From positions 33,293 to 97,292 of the forward strand of contig CAYSAW010000002.1 of assembly GCA_964429225.1 (NCBI GenBank): a stretch of DNA of 64,000 bases, written 5' to 3'. This document shows, in pieces, positions 58,185 through 64,000 of this stretch; position 1 is the first letter of the stretch; each line of letters starts with the position of its first letter. The stretch comes from an uncultured bacterium. GTDB taxonomy: Bacteria > Armatimonadota > DTGP01 > CAYSAW01. The notes under the pieces were generated by a model that did no database searches, was not told the DNA's origin, and saw only the letters and a list, made by a program, of their open reading frames with translations. A program made the position numbers and the translations under genes.

Positions 58185-59219
58185 CTAGTACTGTAACGCC
58201 ACCTCCCGATATTCTCCTCCATGATCGGCCTCCTGGAGGAGACGATAAACCTCTTCTATCCGTTCATAAGGAAGAAAATGAGTGATTAACCCTTCATATT
58301 GAATCTGCCCCGAAGTCAAGAGGTGAAGAGCCTTCTCTATGAACTCTTGACGCTCAGGAATCTCATAAAAGCTTTGAGGGTACCTTCCATTAAAGAAGCC
58401 GGGGATAAGAAGAGAAGGATGACAAAACCACTCTTTACTCAAACCCTTTCCTGCACTGGTTTCCCAATAGAAAGCTTCCAACACTACTCTCCCCCCAGGC
58501 CGCACGGAGCGCGTGGCTTCCTTAAGATAGGCTTCGTCCCATCGGGTACTCATCACCACATCAGCCCCCTTTAACTGGGTAAGGTCCCGAATAATTTTTG
58601 CTAGGTCCCTAACCATCTCCCAATTAATGAGCTCATCCGCACCCAATTTTCTGGCTAAAGCTAGCTCAGAGTTCCTCGAGGAGACAACAATGACTTTGCT
58701 CGCTCCAGCTATCTTAGCAATTTGGAGGGTGAGAAGGCCCAGGGTACCCAACCCCATCAAAACGATTGTGTCTCCTACAGTTATCGAGGCCTTTCGCACA
58801 TCGTACAAAGCGGCAAGGGTTTCATCTAAAAGGAGAGCAGGTAAGGTAGGGAGAGTCTTCAAGGGGATAATCCGATCGGCAGATACAATATGGCTCGGCC
58901 GATGAGGGAGGGGGGCACCTACTCTCTCCCCTTCAGTTATACCTGATACGCCTTCCCCCACTTTCTCCACCTGTCCCACAACCCAGATCCCGAGGGGTAG
59001 CGAGGATGAAGAAGTAGTTCTACCTACGAACAAGCAGTATTTCTCATCAAATACTTCCCGAAAAAGGGAGGATTGGCCTGTGTAAAGAGGCAGATCAATA
59101 TCAGTCTTTACTCTGCTATACTGGACCCGAATTCTCACTTCCTCTGGACCAGGTTCTTTCTCCTCATATACCCGGTATTGGATCACCCCAGGTTCAGTAA
59201 GGATAATTTCCGTTGGCAT
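58185..59219 (-). CDS. Zinc-dependent MDR-family dehydrogenase (second paralog)
   Basis: MDR fold with Rossmann VLMGLGTLGLLTLQIA. Catalytic-domain residues less canonical. Confidence 0.72.
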   Translation of the reverse strand: MPTEIILTEPGVIQYRVYEEKEPGPEEVRIRVQYSRVKTDIDLPLYTGQSSLFREVFDEKYCLFVGRTTSSSSLPLGIWVVGQVEKVGEGVSGITEGERVGAPLPHRPSHIVSADRIIPLKTLPTLPALLLDETLAALYDVRKASITVGDTIVLMGLGTLGLLTLQIAKIAGASKVIVVSSRNSELALARKLGADELINWEMVRDLAKIIRDLTQLKGADVVMSTRWDEAYLKEATRSVRPGGRVVLEAFYWETSAGKGLSKEWFCHPSLLIPGFFNGRYPQSFYEIPERQEFIEKALHLLTSGQIQYEGLITHFLPYERIEEVYRLLQEADHGGEYREVALQY

Positions 59220-59228
59220 TCTCCTACC

Positions 59229-60269
59229 TCAGCTAGCCTTGAGCACCCGATGAAAAATCTCTACTGCCCGGTTGATATCCTCAAAATCCACATCATGATG
59301 AGTTACTAAACGGATCCGCCGAGGAGCTATCGCTAAACAGAGGATACGGTAATGCTTCAAGCGGTTTACCACATCATAAGCATTGGGCAAACCTTCTTTA
59401 AGGGTCAAATAAACCATGTTCGTTTGAACGGAGGCCAGGTCTATCTCCACTCCGGGGATCTCTGATAAACACCGAGCAAGGCATTGAGCCTTTTTGTGAT
59501 CTTCCGCAAGACGATCAATCATCTTTTCTAAGGCCACGATACCTGCGGCTGCTAGAATTCCTACTTGGCGCATCCCCCCTCCAAGGAGTTTGCGCACTCG
59601 ATGGGCCTCCCGGATAAAATCTTTGGTTCCACATAGCAAAGAGCCGATCGGTGCACACAAACCTTTAGAAAGGGAGAACATCACCGAGTCGGCCAATTCC
59701 GCCCACTGCCAGGCGGGAATCCCTGTGGCTACCTGAGCGTTAAAAATTCGAGCACCATCTAAGTGGATAGGTACTCCAAAACCCCGGCAAAGGTTATAAT
59801 ACTCCTTCATCACCTCTAAGGGGAGCACTGTTCCCCCAGCATAGTTGTGGGTATTTTCCAGGCATAGTAAGGCGGTTCGAGGACGGTGTTCCGAACCTTT
59901 AAAGAGATTCTGGGCTACCAATTCAGGAGGAATCACTCCTCCAGGACCAGGGAGCCCCCGAGTGATCACCCCTGAGAGGGCTGCTGGTCCTCCTGCCTCG
60001 GCTGTCAAGATGTGAGACTGCTCCTCTGCCAGGATCTCCTGCCCTGGGCGAGTCCAAACTTTAATAGCTGCCTCATTAGCCATTGTCCCTGAAGGGAAAA
60101 AGAGGGCAGATTCCTTATGCATTCGCTCCGCAGCCATCTCCTGAAGGCGGTTAACGGTAGGATCGTCTCCAAAGACATCATCTCCCACCTCAGCGTTAGC
60201 CATTGCTTGGCGCATCTCAGGGGTGGGCCGGGTTACAGTATCACTCCGAAGGTCAACAACTTCGTGCAT
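59229..60269 (-). CDS. ltaE: Low-specificity L-threonine aldolase
   Basis: N-terminus [40 protein letters not shown] plus [13 protein letters not shown] (PLP-lysine region), typical of the threonine aldolase family. Confidence 0.85.
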   Translation of the reverse strand: MHEVVDLRSDTVTRPTPEMRQAMANAEVGDDVFGDDPTVNRLQEMAAERMHKESALFFPSGTMANEAAIKVWTRPGQEILAEEQSHILTAEAGGPAALSGVITRGLPGPGGVIPPELVAQNLFKGSEHRPRTALLCLENTHNYAGGTVLPLEVMKEYYNLCRGFGVPIHLDGARIFNAQVATGIPAWQWAELADSVMFSLSKGLCAPIGSLLCGTKDFIREAHRVRKLLGGGMRQVGILAAAGIVALEKMIDRLAEDHKKAQCLARCLSEIPGVEIDLASVQTNMVYLTLKEGLPNAYDVVNRLKHYRILCLAIAPRRIRLVTHHDVDFEDINRAVEIFHRVLKAS

Positions 60270-60476
60270 TGTCCCCTAGTTCCTAAAAGAAGATTTTTCA
60301 GAAACGCTACACACCTTCTGTTTTCATCCGGTTGTTATCCCACGCTTGCACAAATTACCTCCACTTCCAAGTGGCCAAAACTGAATAACGTTCCCCATAA
60401 CCTATCCCTACAATTTTTCCACTCCTCCTTAACCCCCTCTTTCTCTCCCCGGTACACCAAACATTTTTGCTACCCG

Positions 60477-63400
60477 TCAGCTTCCAGAGCTAGGAGAACC
60501 ATACGCCTCGATCTCCTCCATCCAAAACTCGTCATCGCCAGTAACAGTGGTGGTATAGCGAATCCTCCGGGTGGTCACCGGAGTAAAGGTGTGAATATGG
60601 TAGGGCAGGGTATTGTCGCGCACTTGAGCGAGCAACACCCATCCGCCCTCTACTTCTGCCTCCAGCTTAAATTCAATGGCCGAGTGTTTCAGGTTAGCTG
60701 GTGCTCTCTTCCCCAACCAACGCCGTAAAATAGGGTTGGGCTGGAAAGTGATTCCATGGATGGTATAAGGTTTCTCTTTTTTCCCATCGTGAATAGCGAC
60801 AGCGGAAAGCCTCACTGGCTGTGGAAACTCTAGCTCCACCGTAGCAGGTTGGCACAATCCCCCAAAACCGATCCCGGCTAGAACCTGCCACTTGTCTCGA
60901 GGGTAAATAGAGTAATGTCGCTCCTCAACCTTACCGTCCACCAGGAAGGACCCATCAGTAACCCAAGGCTTATCTCCATGAGCTAGGCTAATCGTTACTT
61001 TTGCCTGCCGCGCGAGATTCTCACCGACCTTTGACGGAAGCTTGTCTGTGACTGGGGTACCGGTGGGACGCGAGATCTGTACTTCCGGTGCTTGCAAGGG
61101 AGGCATCTCTATCATCTCCCCTTGAAGGCGCCTACTCCAAAGGATCTGCCCCCGGTCGTTCAGCTTCAGGATTCGGCCATCTTCCGTGCCAGCGTATATT
61201 GCACCGTCAGCTATTGCTAGAGCGTTCACCTCATCCACCGGCGCCTGCCACTCGATTTTGCCCGAGGGACCAAGAGCAAACAAAAACCCCTCCGCATCCC
61301 TCACAATGAACCTTTGACCAAGTTCCTTTACCTCACTAATCGTCAGCAGAGAATTCCCCGGCAGCTCACCCTTCCATAAGACCTGACCGGCACCGTTCAA
61401 GAGGCTATACTGCTTATGATCAATAGCCAAGAGAGCATTATTCGGTCGTTGCGAGCTTTGGCGTAGAAATACTAAACCCTGAGCATTAATCACTGGTGTC
61501 CGAAAGCTGACTTCTCCCTTCTCGTTGACATAAGTGACACGACCATCTGCAAAATAGGCTACCTCCCCCCCGGCGAAGCCGACAGGTTGTAAATTGGTGT
61601 ATGGCACCTCCGCTACCCTCTCTACCGGAATATCAAAGAGGAGGGCTTTCTTTCTGGTATCATAAAGTACTAAACGCTTGGCTTCGCCGCTAGCCGACTT
61701 CATCAGATACGCCACTCGAGTGCCATCTGGCGACAATACCATTTGCGCGGGGTATTGGCGATCATCAAACCGTTGGAACCACTCATCACCGGAGAAAACT
61801 TCCTTTCCCTCAGGTGAAATCTGGCTGACCATCTGCCATCCCCCGTAAAACACTCCGCCATCAGGCAAAAGCACTGAATCCTTCCAATTCGGTGCTCGGT
61901 ACCTCGGTTTACCGTCTTGCCCCAGGCAAACCAACTCTTCTTCCGGTTCCAGATAGACCAGAGGAGCTTTTGCAAAGTCGTACGAGATACCTTCCTCGGT
62001 GAACCATTCCCGGTGGCGGCGCATCGAGGAGCCGAGTAAAATACGATCCTTACCAATTTGCACCCGCTCCGGCGAGTAGCAAGCAGCGTGGGTTTTCCAA
62101 AGCAGAGTACCCTTCTTTCCTTCCAAAGCAAAGAGGTTCTCTCCATAAGATACTTGCCCTGCTACTACCAGAGAACCATCCGCCGATACAGCTAAGGTGG
62201 AAACAGGCAAGCCCCAGGAATCCAGCATACTCACCCGGTTTGGCTTGCGGAAGCTAATACCGGTTGCCACTATCTTCTGAATCGCTGAGGTAGAAACACC
62301 TCGGACTGTCCGCGCGGGGGCTACCGGATTTCCCAACGCCTTAACCGCTTTATCAATACCCACCGGATCACCAGCTACTATCAGTACCGGACTTCCGCCC
62401 TCAAAAGCTCCGTAGATCACACCTACCCAAGCGTTGCCGGGACCAGGATAGTTTTCACTCAGGCGCCGCGGCAGTAAGTTTTCTTTAGCCAAATATTGGA
62501 GTAGAAAATTCTCGCTGGGAAGCCCCAAAACAATCACCGCACCTTTAATATGCGGATAGTCATTAATAATAGCCACATACTTACTGCCATCGGTAACCAC
62601 CATCTCTTCAGCAACGTCCTCAGCCTTCGCCCCTTTAACAATAAAGGTAGTGATTCCTTTCGCCGCTAACACTCCTTTCAGCCGGTTAGCCTGCGCTTCC
62701 AGAGGATCCTGGGAGGGTGTTTGCAGGATTATTTTCGCTTCTCGGAGAGATCGCAAGAAGTCCACCACTCCCGGTTCAAGGTAAACCTCTGGTTCCAGAG
62801 TACAAACCTGGCCTATAGGTGGGGCTACCTTTATCTTTACGACACCGGTTAACCCAGTAGTGAGCTCATGCAAGGTCACTGTCCAAAGACCTTTCCGCTC
62901 ATTGACGCCCAACGGGAGATGATAGGTATAGGTCCCGTTGGTGAAAGCCCGATACATATGGAGGCGCTCCTTGCCAATTGCATCTGTCACCCTCACTTCA
63001 AGGGGCAAATCTGCCTTTACTCTGATGCCTTTTGCCAACAAACGCGCGTTGATAATTAATTTTCCTCGAGTACACTGGGCAGTGACCTGCAAGCTGTCTG
63101 GGTCAGCCGGTAAGAGTGCATAGAGTTTTCCTTCAATCTTCGTCAGATCAGCAGTGAAAACTGCGGAGTCTTTTTGACGCGTCAGCTTTATCCGTTTTCC
63201 CTCGAACAGATCGTAAACGACTTTTGTATTAGCCGGCACCTTGATTTGACAAGTGGTCGGCACAGCACGGACGTTACTAAGGCCTGAGGAGGGGAGGAGG
63301 TAATCTATCACAAAGAAATAACGGGCCGAGCTGGTACTGCGTTGAGGGATCAACAGAATACCAAAGCGATCGGTAGAGGCTAACACCGGTGAACAATGGT

Positions 63401-64000
63401 CCAAGATGGCCTTCAGCTCTTGAATCTCCTTCTGCGTTTTATCCGCTAGCAGAACCCGGTCGGTCATCGAACCGTTAGTACCGTCAAAGGGGGAATTCGG
63501 CATCGCATAGGATAGTCTTTTGGCAGACGGGATCTTCAGCGTGGTTAGTGCATCAGCAATGACCGTGCCTCCAGCCTTGGCAAACTCGGCGATTTTCTGC
63601 TCCAAGGCCTTACCATATTCGCGCTTGGCATACTGGCCAATATGGCAAAGTAGAAGCACCTTGAAGCGTTTTAGATCCCCACGTAAGATGTTCTCTTCAG
63701 TGATGATCCGGGGCGTATGCCCAGCAAAGAGTACATACTGATAAGCAGTATAGGTGGAATCGATCTGCGACGCTTGATGGTCGTAGGTGGACCACCAGCC
63801 AGCTCCAACGCTTCTTTTCCCAAAGACCGTCTCAGGGTAGGAGGCAAGGATGGCTACTTCATCGGCTGGTTCAAGCCGAGTGAAGAGATCTCCCTGCTGA
63901 TGCAACAACCTGAAGAACCGCTTGATGTACTTTCCAAACAGGTAGTGCCGATCAGCAAAAAAGCGTTTCGGTGTCCAGTCACTTACACCAACGCCATCGG
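60477..64000 (-). CDS. Partial (5' end beyond window) very large glycoside-hydrolase-associated protein with GATase1-like domain, PQQ-like beta-propeller repeats and C-terminal F5/8-type-C-like domain
   Basis: The reading frame stays open upstream of the track start (TTG at 63908) to the window edge. Segment VLLLCHIGQYAKREYGKALEQKIAEFAKAGGTVIADAL resembles beta-galactosidase trimerisation/ThuA-like GATase1 domains. Repeated WK..G.LLW propeller-like blades follow. Confidence 0.45.
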   Translation of the reverse strand, partial: DGVGVSDWTPKRFFADRHYLFGKYIKRFFRLLHQQGDLFTRLEPADEVAILASYPETVFGKRSVGAGWWSTYDHQASQIDSTYTAYQYVLFAGHTPRIITEENILRGDLKRFKVLLLCHIGQYAKREYGKALEQKIAEFAKAGGTVIADALTTLKIPSAKRLSYAMPNSPFDGTNGSMTDRVLLADKTQKEIQELKAILDHCSPVLASTDRFGILLIPQRSTSSARYFFVIDYLLPSSGLSNVRAVPTTCQIKVPANTKVVYDLFEGKRIKLTRQKDSAVFTADLTKIEGKLYALLPADPDSLQVTAQCTRGKLIINARLLAKGIRVKADLPLEVRVTDAIGKERLHMYRAFTNGTYTYHLPLGVNERKGLWTVTLHELTTGLTGVVKIKVAPPIGQVCTLEPEVYLEPGVVDFLRSLREAKIILQTPSQDPLEAQANRLKGVLAAKGITTFIVKGAKAEDVAEEMVVTDGSKYVAIINDYPHIKGAVIVLGLPSENFLLQYLAKENLLPRRLSENYPGPGNAWVGVIYGAFEGGSPVLIVAGDPVGIDKAVKALGNPVAPARTVRGVSTSAIQKIVATGISFRKPNRVSMLDSWGLPVSTLAVSADGSLVVAGQVSYGENLFALEGKKGTLLWKTHAACYSPERVQIGKDRILLGSSMRRHREWFTEEGISYDFAKAPLVYLEPEEELVCLGQDGKPRYRAPNWKDSVLLPDGGVFYGGWQMVSQISPEGKEVFSGDEWFQRFDDRQYPAQMVLSPDGTRVAYLMKSASGEAKRLVLYDTRKKALLFDIPVERVAEVPYTNLQPVGFAGGEVAYFADGRVTYVNEKGEVSFRTPVINAQGLVFLRQSSQRPNNALLAIDHKQYSLLNGAGQVLWKGELPGNSLLTISEVKELGQRFIVRDAEGFLFALGPSGKIEWQAPVDEVNALAIADGAIYAGTEDGRILKLNDRGQILWSRRLQGEMIEMPPLQAPEVQISRPTGTPVTDKLPSKVGENLARQAKVTISLAHGDKPWVTDGSFLVDGKVEERHYSIYPRDKWQVLAGIGFGGLCQPATVELEFPQPVRLSAVAIHDGKKEKPYTIHGITFQPNPILRRWLGKRAPANLKHSAIEFKLEAEVEGGWVLLAQVRDNTLPYHIHTFTPVTTRRIRYTTTVTGDDEFWMEEIEAYGSPSSGS

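Noticed and set aside
1-64000. CRISPR arrays, rRNA genes, IS elements/transposases, integrases.
   Set aside because: No regularly spaced direct repeats, no rRNA-like conserved blocks and no transposase or integrase-like ORFs were seen. The only mobile-element-related signal is the short DUF5131 remnant.

Overview
This is a bacterial chromosomal window of roughly 52% GC, dense in genes on both strands. Two proteins with a prepilin-type N-terminal signal and a DUF1559 C-terminus, plus many glycoside hydrolases, suggest a Planctomycetota-, Verrucomicrobiota- or Armatimonadota-like lineage. That is a low-confidence guess.

Genes I can support from the sequence:
- a conserved secE-nusG-rplK-rplA-rplJ-rplL ribosomal cluster on the minus strand, preceded by tRNA-Arg(TCT)
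- murA, mreB, def, tilS, cdsA and cysK-like genes
- a NarL/LuxR response regulator with a cytoplasmic HisKA_3 histidine kinase
- an ACT-domain malic enzyme, two zinc-dependent medium-chain dehydrogenases and a threonine aldolase

Regions worth a second look:
1. A PqqD-like RiPP-recognition-element protein sits with an internally duplicated hypothetical protein and an FtsX/ABC exporter, with no recognisable RiPP tailoring enzyme nearby.
2. A type IV pilus / type II secretion-like cluster: a GspK-like minor pseudopilin, a PilM-PilN fusion with a low-complexity insertion, PilO, a proline-rich PilP-like protein and a secretin with a Gly/Pro insert. There is no pilin or ATPase in the window.
3. A glycolipid-type cluster: a decaprenyl-phosphate phosphoribosyltransferase-like UbiA enzyme, an RmlC-like cupin and a long-form sugar nucleotidyltransferase.
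4. A protein with a reversed architecture (alkaline-phosphatase-superfamily domain at the N-terminus, about twelve membrane helices at the C-terminus), co-operonic with a GT4 glycosyltransferase.
5. An 810-bp intergenic region with a sigma70-like promoter whose -10 box lies inside an inverted repeat, and possibly a structured RNA.
6. A glycan-degradation neighbourhood with GH38, GH65 and two very large glycoside-hydrolase-like proteins.

No CRISPR array, rRNA or clear mobile element was seen. All calls are from reading the sequence and the ORF track by eye. I could not run any searches or alignments.
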